Below, piece by piece: positions 14,436 to 28,800 of a DNA stretch of 64,000 nt. The stretch is from Nymphaea colorata. Taxonomy: Eukaryota. Where the stretch lies: NCBI RefSeq assembly GCF_008831285.2, contig NC_045138.2, positions 37,510,001 to 37,574,000 of the forward strand, read 5' to 3'. A program made the translations under genes and the position numbers. Position 1 is the stretch's first letter; each line of letters starts with the position of its first letter. The notes beneath the pieces were generated by a model, which was given only the letters and a program-made list of their open reading frames with translations, had not been told where the DNA came from and did not search any database.

Positions 14436-14655
14436 CAGTGGCAAAGCTACGTGTGGGCTTGCAAGGGGAGAAGGAGAGGGGGCCGCCTAGGCTGTGGCTC
14501 CACACCAACTAATTGAAAAAAAAAATTACATTAAAAAATTAAAAATTTTTAGTTGTGTAATGTATTTTTTGGATTCGAGTTTAGTTTAGCCATACATGGA
14601 TAAGTTTGTTGGATTGTTTGGTCTGTCCCTGAAAAAAATCTCTGTTCTCTATGGG
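14436..14655 (+). mobile_element. MITE-like repeat, copy 1
   Basis: Begins CAGTGGC and aligns by eye to the reverse complement of 20753-20956 (GCCTA.GC..TGGC, CTAATTGAAAAAAAAAA.TACATT, TTTTAGTTGTG..ATGTATT.TTTGGATT, TGTTTGGTC...CCCTGAAAAAAAT). Confidence 0.55.
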
Positions 14656-17600
14656 CTTGTATAGGCAGCTGCCGACAGAGGGTCAAATAACTTGTTTTAT
14701 TTTCATGCTACTTCCTACCTATGGTTTACTTTATTGCACACCGGTATCCCATTAGATATATATTTTATATTAGTGTCTTTCAGCCACAAATTTTTAAGTC
14801 GGCGCAACTGTACCCGCATCTCACTAACCTTTATCTTGGTCAGACCTAATATATTAATTTAAAAAAAAATAAGTTTTTAAGTTATTTTTTAACGTGGATA
14901 CATATGGATACAAATGATATATGTTGTCTACAAGCATCATTTGTAAGATTTATGATAGAAGTCAAGAAAAAGGAATTCAATGTTTGTTGGGACCATCCTT
15001 GTTATTGTTTCCCTTAATAAGCTAATCTAGGACATACTCTCCATAAAATGTGTCATATATCTAAGACATTCTTCTACCGTAAAGGGAAGGGAAGAACATT
15101 CCTCCTCTAGCAAACATGCTAAAGGGGCGGGCAATCATATATTCTTGGCCTTAGTTCTTATATCATGGAGGGAGACAGGGTAGAACTCGAATGCACCATT
15201 CGAATGCACCATTGAGCAACAACTCCGCGATCTATTTGTTCGCAATTTGAGCAAAATGAAAAAGCTTTCAGCAATTTGGGAGAAACTTTACTCAGGTGTC
15301 AAACACTTGTTTTATTTGATGTATCATCCAAACACGAGGGACTCCCCCCGAGCTAGGGTTTGCTTTTAAACCCATCACTAGGCTCTAAAATGAATTTTGT
15401 TTTGTGCCAAAGCTAGGGAGGGTGAGCATCTAGTCCAAATCACACACATAATTATTTGGATGCTCTTTTGGGTGCCTAGATTTGGCATCCAAGATATGTG
15501 GACTAGGGTTTTATCGCGCAATTAGGAAGCTCCACCTGTTCCGCTGCCGGTTTCCGGGCCGCTCATCACTTAACACGTGGATTTGAGTGTCTTATTTTAT
15601 TCGAAGCAAAAGATATATTCTGTGGTCATACAAGTATGCAACGTTTAATTAATTAGCTTTGGTGGGGAGCATGTAAGTTAGAATAAAAAGATATTTAGTA
15701 AAGTGTCTACAACCCAATAAACTACTTTTCTTTCAGGTAAGACCACCCAAAGATAAAGGTGTGGATTCTTTAGTGTGCTCTCACTTTTGGGAACCAACAA
15801 AGAGGATATGAAGAATATTTAAGTGTTTCATCCATGGATCCAGGTTAGAGCTTGTTTGTGAAATGCAATATACCACTCAGAGTCTGGGTTCCAGGTTAAT
15901 CTATTAGAGTATATTTGCATGGTGGAGAGAGGGGTACTTTGGGACCTGAGTGAACTTACGGTTACTTCCTTCAACTCGAGAGTAGCACCTACCACCGTTT
16001 GAAGTTCTAGTGATTAGTGGATTTTTAGAGCAGCTACACACCCCATGGGACGTTAGGTGGAGTTTGTCTTTTCCTTGCTTTTGAGCATCAAATGGTGAAA
16101 AATGTTTTTTCGAGTTTTCTTTTTACATACATTGCATATCATAATAGATTAGAGATTGTCTCAAATATGTATTTGTTTTTCGATGAAACCATCAAGAAAG
16201 CAAATTTTTTCTTAAGAAAAAAAAAACTAGGTTACATGAAAACATAGTTTTTTTAACTAGCTTCCAGACCTAGTTTGTGCTTGGTTGGCAAGATCAAAAC
16301 GACATTTTACGTGCATTTTTTTTTCTTTTTTTTTGCGGAGGGGCAAGGTGGTTAGGATTGTCACCGTTATGCAAACAAGTGTTATACTTCATTTCCAGAG
16401 GGCCCGAGCCATATATAATAAGTTGACATACGTTTACATATTAGTCTCCCCACAGTAATAAATTTTATATGTTTGAGTCCTCCCCAGTAACAACATATTC
16501 AAGTACATGCAGCTTTAATTGGCGTACATAAGAAAATAAATTTGGGAGAACTTCATGTTCCATGTGCCATTACTTTAGACAATAAAATATCGTGAATTTT
16601 TCTTTCCCCCAAGATTATGCACAAAGTCTCACCTACCAATATTAATAGAGCTAGTCAAAGAGTTTAGTTTCCAAAAAGTCGTTCCTTAATTGTGATTAAA
16701 ATAAGAAGATAATACATGTGAGTCGATTCTCAAACAGGAAAAAGCGAGTAACATGTCAATATATCCCTGGAGATGTTGTTCCGGACACGCGGCAATCTGA
16801 TGCGCGCGGGTCTGTTTTTCGTACCTGAAAACGACGCCTTTCCGTGTTTTTCTAGAGATGGGTGGTTCTTATTTAGTTATAAGACCTGTAGGGGTCGAAT
16901 TAAATTTTTTAATTTTTGAGTAGGGTTGAAATAATTTTTTTTTATATAGAAGAAGTAAATTTTTTTAACATTTACATGTGAATTAAAACAGTGGGACCAA
17001 GACCCATGCAGGTCCTACCTTGGCTCTGTTCCTAGTTATGCGCTGTGAGGTTCGATGAACAAGGGTTAGTAACTAATTGGGTTGACTTATGTCTGAACCC
17101 TAAGGAACTTAAATTTGAAGTGATGGCAAGTACTTAGGGAAGAGGGGGCTTCGTCCCAGAGTTTTACAAATGTTAGTGAATTTCTCAAAGAGTTTTACAA
17201 CCAAAAGAACATGTTCATTAACTCCCTAACCTCTAATAAAATACCAAACAGATTAAAGTAATGTATATATGTATATATATATAGTATCTAATTCGTGCTC
17301 TAGATTATGTATATACATGTATATATACATGTATAGTAGTACCCTATTTATCTAAATCAGAACGCCAATCCAAGTTTTATTTGTCAGTATCAGATTAATC
17401 TGATGCTGTAAGTAGAACCTAGCTACACTCCCTAATCATAAATAAGATGTGACTGCAAGCTATGGCACTCTTGGCTTTAGCTATCCGTTGCTAATGTCAA
17501 TAAGGGAGATTATAGTTATTTGGAGTGCATATTATTTAACATATGTAAGAAAAAAAAATTTATTCACTCAATCTAATGACATAAATACATTCTAAAATAT

Positions 17601-20600
17601 AAGTCTTTTATTAGAGATTGAATTTATGTTGTTTTACTTGTTATACTAGCTCGAGTGGCATGAGTGCTCAGCTTTTGTGCCTTTTGAGTTTGACATCGGC
17701 CTTTGTTTTGAGCAGTAAGATAAAATACTCTTCCTACTCACCTAAAAACAATGAGATTCAAAAATACAAGGAAAAATATATTGATGTGTGATCATTATTA
17801 GGCAAGCCATTTACAGGCGGGGCAGCATGGGGAGCATTAGAACTACATGACATTCATATTCACTTGGGATGTCTAGAATCTTAACTTCTCTACTCCTCCT
17901 AAGTGGGAGAACCGTATGAAAATTTTGGGCATAAATGACTTGGAAGTATGTAGAACACTCCAAGAGATAATGGGTAATGGTCTGCATCATTTACATGGAC
18001 CAGCCAAGTCCAAATGAAAGGAACATGTCATGACGGAGGGGCAAATTGTGGTCTATACTGTACTATGAATCCTCTGCACCGCCGGTAGCTTTCACCAGTG
18101 CTCTGTATGCGTCCGGCTAAAATAACTGCTGAAAATGTGATTATCTTTAACAACTGAATTGAGTTGGGTGGCGTGTTACTTGATGGTATTGAGGAATGTT
18201 GAGCTTGGAATTGGTTCAGACCAATATGCCTGTAACATAGATTGCAATTGCAAACCTCTTCTTAGTGAATATGTAGTTTGGATTTTGAGTCATGTCCAGG
18301 TTGAGCTTAATTTGAATTAGACATGTCTTATATTTAAGCACCTTAATTAAGGTGTTTTCGGATTCAGAAATACTACGTTTGGTGCACAAAGCGTGGGTCC
18401 AGATTAATTACATACCTTACCCAATTTGGGCCCAGAGGCTCGGGGCCTATATCAAGATCCAAATTGAAGGTGATATAACTCAACGCGAAAGATCGGTTGT
18501 GGATCTAGGTCCAAGTCATGATAAGGTTTCTCTATATAAGTCATGTTGGGCAACCAAGGGGCAAAGGCGTGCAAATAGCCTGTCAGGGATGGGTTTTTGA
18601 GATTCATTTGGTCCGGGTCAATATTTAGATCCAATGATACCGTATATCATTTAGTCAATATTTGTTTGAATCTTTTTATTTATTTTAGATCTCTGTGTGA
18701 TTCATTTTGCTTCATTCATACGTGATTAGCCGCGACGTCATTGTGCAAGGTAATGAACAACGTTGTAGGTCGTTTTATGCAACTACCTAAAGGGCGTAGC
18801 ATAACTGGTTCAGCTAACAGGTTGGTGAAAGCTTAATCTTCAGTACAATTTCGGTGGATACTCGTCTTCTATACTGTAAAAGATGGTAGATATTATTTTT
18901 GAGTTGAATGGAGTAACCGTAAGTCACCAAATACAGCTCCAAACTCTAAGAAAGGGTGCTTCGGCTGCTTACCCAAGCGGTGGGGTCTCCTCCCACTCAC
19001 CGGAAAACTGTTGTCTAAGCAACTGATCAACCTAATTTTCTGGTACCCCTCCTGCTCACTCAAAAGCCGTTCTAAGCAATTGATCCACGTGCACTAATTT
19101 CGTAGACATTTCCCATTTTTGCAATCAAGTCCCCAAAGTTTTGGCATTGCTATAGCCATGAGAATTCGATACGTTAAGAACATGTCAAATTTAAAGGATG
19201 GGTATGAAACTTATCGAATCATTGACGAATATAATGTTGAAATATTTTAGATATCATGGCCATTACATTCATAGTCTCTTTATACATATATATGATCTTA
19301 TATGTTGGGTCAACATCGTCGAGAAACTTGAAACTTGTGGACAGCTGCTCCCCACGACTCGTCTCAGTAGACTGCACGCCGTTTCTGCTCGGAGCAAAAG
19401 AAGAGAAGCCGGTGGCCACGTGAACTGGGCCAGCCGTGCCAGGAGGTTTGCTAGTGGTCTCGTAGTAGGGGCCTAGCCATATCGCTAGTCCGTATTGTAG
19501 TAGGTGCATCCCACTTTATTTTCGATGCTTCCAGCATCTAATCAATCCACCAATGACTTTTTCTCTTCCATCACTGAATCGACGGATCGATCCACGGAGT
19601 AAGCAGCACACTGGGTTGAAGTGATCGGCTACTTAGTTATGTGGTGCACTTAAGAAAGCTGACATTGTGAAAAGACTTTGCCACGCATCTGCTGATCTCA
19701 GATTCTAACTGTGCTCGAAGGCCCTGGAACGAATAAATGAGGAAGATGATTTTTATTATCATCAGTGCTCATTTAATGGCGCGTTCTTCATCTCCATGCA
19801 TCGTCTTGTACAGCTTTTAACGTGCACATAGGACAATGATCGCCGTACTCTGTTTCGAATTTGAGGGACACATGAACCGCCTCCCTCCCGTGCATCAACG
19901 CGTCACTTCGAGATCCAATTTCAGATCTTCCCTGCCAACATACTGAAAGAGAGAGTCATCATCTGCACCCTGAGGAAATAGACGACAATGAGTTTGTTGA
20001 TCGCTGTTTTGATCTACGGATTGGCATCTTAACCGATGCTACTTTCTTTGGCACTATCGATCTGAATCGAAGTATGAAAATCCAGAATTGGGTTGCCTGT
20101 GATCAGAGAGTACAGTTCCACATAAAAGTTCTCTGATTTTGGCACAAAAAGTTCTCTGTTCACAGTAAAGGACTCTTTCAATTAAAAATTAAATACAGAC
20201 TTGGGTTAGTGACTCGAGTGCCCACCAACGAAAAAGAAAAAAAATGATAGCTCCCCTACATAAAAGAATCCACATCATAAATGTTGTCGCGCTCTGATAT
20301 GGAGCAGAAGTAGCAGAATTGGCATTTGATTGCTGAGTTAGTAAGAAGAAGCGGTTGGAGAAATGCCAACAGCTTGATGCACAGAGCAATGGGCTCCCAA
20401 CGTATGTTTACAAGTGATTACAGAGGATCCATGCCTGTTTAAACTCGTCATTATATTTGTTTTCCAGAGAAAGTTGTGTTTTCTTGAAGTGCAACATTCA
20501 TATGATACATATTTTCAAGAACACCGCTTTCTTGCTTCAAGAAACATAATATAATTGTATCTTGCATTTGTTCATTGGTCTAAGAACAATTATCTGCAAT

Positions 20601-20752
20601 TGTGTCTTGTTTATTTGAATAAAATTTTATTTAAAACGAAATATTTCGTCTTGTTATATGCCTTGCTGGAGTCAATTCTTGATCTTATCATGGTATATAA
20701 TTAAAAGAAAAAAAAAAGGTGGGAGCTTCTATTATTTATTTTTTTAAAGATT

Positions 20753-20956
20753 AAGTGGAGTAGCAGAGATATCATTTTTTTCAGGGGTGGACCAAACAGT
20801 TTAACTTTTGAATCTAAATGGAATCAAACTGAACCCAAATCCAAACAATACATCCCACAACTAAAAGTTCTTTATTTTTTCAATGTATTTTTTTTTTTTC
20901 AATTAGCTCGGGTAGGGCCATGGCTTAGGCGGGGCCCCCTCCCTCGGCCTCCCCTC
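20753..20956 (-). mobile_element. MITE-like repeat, copy 2 (inverted relative to 14436-14655)
   Basis: Reverse-complement similarity to copy 1 over about 190 bp. Confidence 0.55.
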
Positions 20957-22885
20957 ATTAATTGCTGAATTGTTCATTATCTAGTAAGTTTCTTGCATCT
21001 CTATATTTAGTATATTGGTGACAACCCCACGTGGATATCAGGTGGCAATGAGGAAGAAAAACTTGTTTGATTTTGTCATTTTGCATATATCTTTTAGCTC
21101 ACCATTCATGCTTGGTTTTAACTAAAGCATCATTATTTACAATATATATATATATGCATGCTAGAGGGAAACGAAGAATGCAATATTATTCCAGAATATG
21201 CTGGCAGCATGAGACGTAGGTGATGTGCGGACCATTAAATTTAGAATCCCGAGTGCTTTTCACAACTTGATTTCGTGGCGGAAAGTCTACGGTTTCGGTA
21301 AAGAATCTTCTTTGTAGGTGCTTATCTTAATGATGTCTTAGCCTGCTGGTTACATCAAACCAACGTAATTTTTTAAGGTCTTTGTCAAATATTTAAGACA
21401 TGTGGCCATCAAAGATGCCATTAAATTTTCTTTATGATTTTAATACAAAATTATTACCTAAGGTCATGAAGTTTGATATGCATTAGTCCCATTAAAAAAA
21501 AAAAAAAGTCAAACTCGATATACACTTCGTGGCCACAATAAATGCAGAAGAACATTGTATCATTTTATATATGTGCCTATGGCAGTGAAGCATAAAAGGC
21601 GAATTGCAATTTGACAGATCGTTTGAAGACGGTATGATTAGGTTAGAGAGTTGATGCCATGAAGATTCGAAACAGGAACCAACGACCTAACGACTCCTTT
21701 GGTGATACACATTATTTATTCCTCTTAACAAATGCCCTCTAAAACCCACTCTTATAATATATTGATTGGTACTTATGATCGCTGATATCATACTGGCATA
21801 TACAAATTTGCATTGTTTATTTCTAAATCAGTTTAAGATATTATTGTAGTTTGATTTCTTGGCTCATCACTAGAGCAAACTGACAACTATTGTTTACACA
21901 TTATAAGTTTTTGTGAAATTTTCCTTTGAAACTTCTTATACATAAATTCAAATCAAAAGTTAAAAATGATTTTTTTGTTTGGTCGATCGACAACCAAGTT
22001 TGTAGGATGGACAACTTAGTTGATCTCATTCCATTTTGTATTTTTTTCAAAAAAAAAGTAATATCTCAGCTTTTTTATATGATTTTAATAATTAATTTTT
22101 CAAATGAAGCATGAAACACATTCCACGCGGGAATTTATAATTCATTACGTTGAGTATTTTTTTGTTTTTAATTATAACTTTGAAGCCGAGGTTTTAACGG
22201 AATTTTGAAATTCCAGATGGGCCCGCCCCTGATAACTAACTTCCGCCCATCATATTGTTTCCCTCCCTCCATTTTCAAACCGCCTAAGAAATCCTGCCGC
22301 TTCCCCCCTTTTATTTCTTTTGCAGAGTTTGTTGTTCCGGGTGTTCTTGGGAAATTTTCTGGTTGTTGGGATTGGAGAATAAGTCTTTTTGGACGAATCT
22401 GTTATTCCAAGATTTTCTTCTTGGCTTTGGGGGATCTTGGCGTTCACGATTTAGAGTCTCGGCGTTCTTTCTTGAAGGGATCAGGGTATCCAGGAACCTC
22501 AAATTGATCTTATTTTCTTCTGCAATCTTGTATGCCACTGCTTTTGTTGAATTCACTGTTTGGGCTGCTCTTTGATTGGTGACTAGCAGAATTTTCCCCC
22601 GAATTAGTTGCTTAAACAATTGGTAGTGTGGTGTTTATCCTGCCTAGATCATCTTTGGCCCGTTACTGAGTTAAACGTGTGGCCGTTTTGTCTTTCAAGT
22701 CCTTTTTCTTTGGTTTACTTGCAGTACGTAAGATACCATTAATTCATGAAATTTGTGAAGCAATTCCTGAAGATTATTTCGCATATGTGGCGTACCATTT
22801 TGCAGGAAAGAAAGAGGGGAACACTTCGATTTTTCTCTTGTCGATCCTGTTCGTTTCTATTTTGGTGGTGGCGTTTTGGTTGTGG

Positions 22886-25800
22886 ATGGAGGAAAAGGCA
22901 AGTGGGAGATTTTCGCCGGAGAAGCAATCATCCCTTGTTCTGGAACATATTGCAGAAGCATCTACAAAGCCTGAAACGTGGGAGAGGATTGGTCCAACGT
23001 TCAGGCTGATGTTTTTAGTGAACGAAGGGGACCTGCAAGGAATCCAGGAACTTCTTGATACTGGTATAGATGTGAACTCCACAGATATTGATGACAGAAC
23101 TGCTCTTCATGTTGCTGCATGTCAAGGTAGAGTAGAAATTGTTGAATTGCTGCTTGAGCATGGTGCCAGGCTTGACATGCAGGATCGCTGGGGCAGCACG
23201 GTAAGAACTACTAATGACAATTTGTTCCGATTTTTTTTCCCCTTTTCTATTTGGATAGCTTTCTTTTGCTCAGGTATTTTATCTGTGGAAATATGAAATG
23301 ATACATTTTAGGGAGAAAAAACTTATATCCTAGGCCTTTGGTAGATATAGGCTAATTCGTTAATCACGTGAACTAATTAATGAGGAAATTTGGTTTTATA
23401 CAAAACATTACTAGCTTGAGCTGAGATGACAAGCTTTACTATCCGTTATCCGCTATGTATTAGGAGGGAATAATCTTCTTTTTTTCCTGTATTAAGGTGT
23501 ATATACATATATATATATATATATTTTTGGACCTCCCACTAGATGAGGAATCAGGATACAGATGGGAAAACGTTTTCCCTTCCTTAACCACACCATCTTG
23601 GCTCATTATCTATGTCACATAGGCATGGGTAGGGGGGAAGCGGGTATGGGTACGGTGTTTTCGCCAATCTTGGTATGGCAGTACGGCGATAGTTATAACT
23701 TTAATTAATTATATACATGAAATCAGAAAAAAAAGTAACATAAATATAAGAAACAGATGCCATTTTTAGATACGTTGTATGAAGGTAAGGAAGAAGGAGG
23801 AAGAGGCGTCAGGCAAAAATAGGTTCATTTAAAGTGGTTTGGATCGGTTCCAACTCAGAACTGATCCGAACCATACCAAGGCGTACCGCCGTTTATGGCA
23901 GTACGGCGACAGTTATAACTTTAATTAATTATATACATGAAATCAGAAAAAAAAAGTAACATAAATATAAGAAACAGATGCCATTTTTGTCGTAGATACG
24001 TTGTATGAAGGTAAGGAAGAAGGAGGAAGAGGCGTCATTCATTTAAAGTGGTTTGGATCGGTTCCAACTCAGAACCGATCCGAACCATACCAAGGCGTAC
24101 CGCCGTACTGGTACGGGTACATGGTACGGGTACGTGCTCATTATTTTCTGTCTTGCCAACTTGAAAAGATTAAACTTCTCCTCTTTGATTTCTTATTATT
24201 TCAGATTTCAAGTTTCAACCTATGTTGCATAAATGTGGCAGCGGATTTGAGGATTCAGATTTTTTGTGGAAATCACATAATACTTGTATATAAGGAATAG
24301 AAACAAAATAGTGAATTAATGTAGCATTGATTCACGCGTTCAATTTAAAACTGAAAAGAATTGGCATAGTTCATGTATTATGTTTTCATATGAATCAAAT
24401 TCGTATGGAATTGATTCATTTCCATATTTTACTGTTAATCAGCATTCATGTTTCGATTAGCACCCAAATATGATAGGATTGTTAGGTAGTGAATGAATCT
24501 GAAAACAGGTTAGTGAAAATAAGCCAACTTTCATTTGTAGTTTGATGCTTGCAATTTCAATGGACTGATACCGTGCACGACACAGACACTAAGAATGTTG
24601 CACTAAAGTTGTGTCGTTGCACAAACAGCCTCTTGCAGATGCACACCATTACAAACACTATGATGTTTGCAAGATTATGGAGAAATATGGTGCAAAACCA
24701 TTGGTATGTTTTCTTGCTCCCTTTTCAGTTGTTTCTACTGCGTTACATGTTTTTGACCTGATCTTCTGCCATTTTCATTTGCTATTCGCTCTGCACTGTA
24801 CTTAGTACACTTGTTGCCACTTGAAGATGGCTCCGATGCTTGTCCATGATATTGCAGAAGTTCCTGAATATGAAATTGATCCACAAGAGCTTGACTTCAC
24901 TGGCAGTGAGAAAATCACAAAGGTGCTTTGCTTGTTCAAGTGAATGAACATGTTATTCTGATTTTTATGTCGTACAAGTTACCTGATCATTTTTTATTGT
25001 AGACAGACAAACGAGGCTTAGCTAAGCAATAAGATAGTGAAGAAACTGAATGTTTCACTGTTTTGATTTACTATGTTAGTAAATTTTCTACAGCATGTAA
25101 GTCACTTGTCAGTACTTCCTAGAAAAATGTCTTTTTGTCTGCTTTATCTGGCAATATGTGTTGAATTAGGTCAGTATACTTTGTCATACTTCTTCCTCCC
25201 TTATGCTAATAAAGTACATTTATGCAAATACTTAAGCTAATTTCAAACGAATCACACTCTGGAGGGCTTCGTAGCATCTCCAATCATTTAGTGCAGAGAC
25301 TCAACTCCGCTAATCCCATCTATGAACCGTCCAGTTGTTTCTGGAGTGCCATTGAAAATTAAAGCTCATACCAAACATCAATTTCCAGATTTGTTGTAAC
25401 TTAGTAATAATGCAGATACACATACTTTTTAGATGTCAATATGGATAGTTTGCATCTGATGTATTATGTGATAAAGGAACTGGACAATCCCCGAATGCTC
25501 ATTCAGTTTTTTTCTCTGGGTCAAAACTCAGTTTGTGATAATGTTGCATACTGGAGATTACATTCTGCAATTAAATACTGCATGATGGTGAACCAAAATG
25601 GTGTTAACTGTTAGCCATGACAATAAAATCTGAAAGATAAATTAAATTGTTTCTGCTTACAAGCAATTACTGCACATTTAAGTGCTTACTACATGCTGAA
25701 CAGTGGCTTTTCGCCAAATTGAAACAGAATGGCATGGCCAGTCTTGTTTTTTGTGATTGTTAACCTTGACTGATGGTTGTAAGGTTTCTGAACTTTTATC

Positions 25801-28800
25801 CTATGGAATGGCGACTTAAGTTTTGGTACATGTACTTTTGAAGGGAACATTCCGTCTTGCTTTGTGGAGAGGAATTAATGTTGCCGTGAAGACACTTGAT
25901 GAGGATTTTATGGCTGACAAGGAAAAAGTGTAAGTAGCTTGACATGTGTTTTGGTGCTTGCATTAAAAAATATGTAGATCTTTGCTTTTGGTGAACTATG
26001 TGGTCTTTTTTTTCTTGTCAAGGGCCAAGCATTAGTAGTCATCCTCATTCTGATTTCAGATTAGTTCTACAGGATGGCATTCCATGACGAACTGTCATTG
26101 CTGCAGAAATTACGTCACCCCAATGTGGTCCAGTTTTTAGGTGCTGTGACTCAAACCAGCCCAATGATGATTGTTACAGAATATTTGCCAAAGGTTCATC
26201 TGCCCTATTCCAATGATTTTGGATGTTCAGCACTATGTAAATTATTATGACATGAACCTTACTCTTGTTTTAATGATTTTTTGGGTTTTTATTTAGTTGA
26301 TAATGTTTTTTTTTTTCATACTGATCTGATTGGCATTTGATTGATCATATTGCTGTCTAATAGTTACGAGCATAATTCTTAAAAAATGAAACCAACAAAA
26401 CATCAGAAACCTATTTGGCATCGTAGTGTTATGTGGAAGGGTTCCTTCTGCTTACTAGTCTCTTCCCATATAACCTGATCGTTATTTAGAGGTCTTCCTT
26501 TCGATGCATAAGAGGCAAAGAAAATCTCAGATCTCCTCCATGAATGGACAATGGTAATTCTTTATCTTCTTATTCTTCAAGACCTTGTAAACCCATTGTC
26601 ATTTGTCCATCAAAACTAATTATTTATTACAACATCCATTAAGGAGGAGATGTCCGGATTTAGGCTGCATAAACAGTGTAGCTGTCATTGGATGTAACAT
26701 CTTTTTGTTTGTTGGTAAGCATAAGATGCCTGAATCCTGATAAGTTTATATGTTTTATAAAAACTGAGTTTAAACTGTATGTGTCTTTTAGAAAAATCAA
26801 ATAAATGTCATGACAATGAATTTAACTTCGTGATTTTAGAAACGCTGCCACATTGGACTGTTCAGAGGTTAAATGAAAAATATGCATGTAAAACCACATA
26901 ATTCAGGCAAATATCTCTTTAGATTGGATCAAAGACCATAGATAATCCTCAATATTGTGGACTTAGCAACTATCTTCCTTTGGTAATTTTGTCAGAATTC
27001 AAGGCCATTCTGTCATATTAGAAGAAATTCAAAGAAGATGGATTACAAATTCAAATAAGAGAATTTTGAAGTATGATTTTAATAAGTTATTAACATGGTA
27101 AAAGGAAAAAAGAGAGAAGGGGAATATCTTTCTTTCATAAACATGTACTATGATGTGGTTGAGCTTTTCTAAGATAGTCAACATTTTAAATTATCTTATG
27201 AAATTTTGAGTAAATGCTGAATATTACTGTAGTTCTATCATATGTTTGAGTTCTTTTAAGAATGTGCTATTTTTTATATCCTTTTGATGCTTTATCTTTT
27301 AATTTTTGTTTTTCTGTGTATGTATAATACCTTTTCATTTTCTTGATACATCAACTTGCCAAGTTTTAACTTTTATTTGATCTTATTTTGCAGGGTGACC
27401 TTTGGGCATTATTGAGGAGGCAAGGGGCTTTAAAACCATCAGTGGCAGTAAAATATGCTCTTGATATTGCAAGGTCTAGATGAAGTTCACCTTTATGCTC
27501 TAGATATTTCTAAGCATCAATTCACGTAATTGAGCATAAGGTACATAACTTATCACATGCTTGATGTGTGATATAGAGGTTAACATTTCTTCCAGGGGCA
27601 TGAATTATTTGCATGAGCGTAAGCCAGAGGCAATTATTCATCGTGACCTCGAGCCTTCGTATGTGCAAATTCTTCTGATTTTTGTTTGAGATTCATGTTA
27701 TTTGGGACTTGTTACATTCTTCAACCAAGACATCTGACTGGTTTTACTCTTGCACTGGCTGTTGGAACAGAAATATTCTGCGAGATGACTCTGGGCATCT
27801 GAAGGTTGCAGATTTTGGATTGAGCAAGATACTTAAAGTGACAAACTCTGTAAAACCAGAGGAGACTCTAACTTGTCAAGAGACATCATGTAAGCAGTAT
27901 TTGAGATTTTTTTTTTTCTGTTAATACCAGTGCTTTCAGTAGCTTGATTGTTTCTCATGATCATTTACTCCATCTTGATACAGAAATGTATGTCACACTT
28001 TCTGTCCTTGAATCCAATCAAGCCAGCTACTCAGCCTTGGCTGAGAAATTTCCATGACAATCTGGTGATGGGTACATCATTAATGAAATCACAACTGCCC
28101 CAAAGTGAGGTTGAGCTAGGGTTCAAAAGCCTCTAAGACAATGCCTTACTTAGCCCAGATTAACGCAGGACTTCTTACCTCCTTGATCTTTGAGTCTACT
28201 GAGATAATGCTAGTGTCAACTGATGGTATTGGTTGCTTTGAATCTCCTTCCAGATTATCCGTTGCTCTGTTCCCATTTCATGAACCAGAATTCCTAAATG
28301 TCTTTGTTTGCAGCAGATAAAACAGAGCAAAAGAAGAAAAAGGGAGAAAGAAGTGCTCAATAATTTATAGTTTATACCAATTGAGTTCATATCAGCAGGG
28401 TATGTTTCAGTGATGCAGCAACGACGAAGCTACCCTAGAAAACTTAGGGAAAAAATGTGTGCATAGAGAGCTTGACACCAATAAGGCTGCATTGGTTGGA
28501 ATCATTTAATGACATTGACTAGATCCTTCAACAAGCCTACCTGATAAACAGGACGATGGCACCATTTTCCCTATGCATGGACGGCAGAAGCTTGTCTATT
28601 GATTATGTCAACAACTTTCTTTTGATTAAATGGCTTTCCCATGTTTTCATGGACGATATTCTTTTATCTTTCCTATTTCAGGGAAATTAAGGTTATTTGT
28701 TTTACAGGTAGATATGTAGCTCCAGAGGTTCTTCGAAATGAAGAATATGATAGCAAGGTGGATGTTTTCTCATTTGCTCTGATTCTGCAAGAGGTAGTAT

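Noticed and set aside
27596..27790. HRDLEPSN catalytic loop and reduced Gly-rich loop as signs of pseudogenisation
   Set aside because: These features are typical of plant ILK4/5-type kinases, and the frame is intact.
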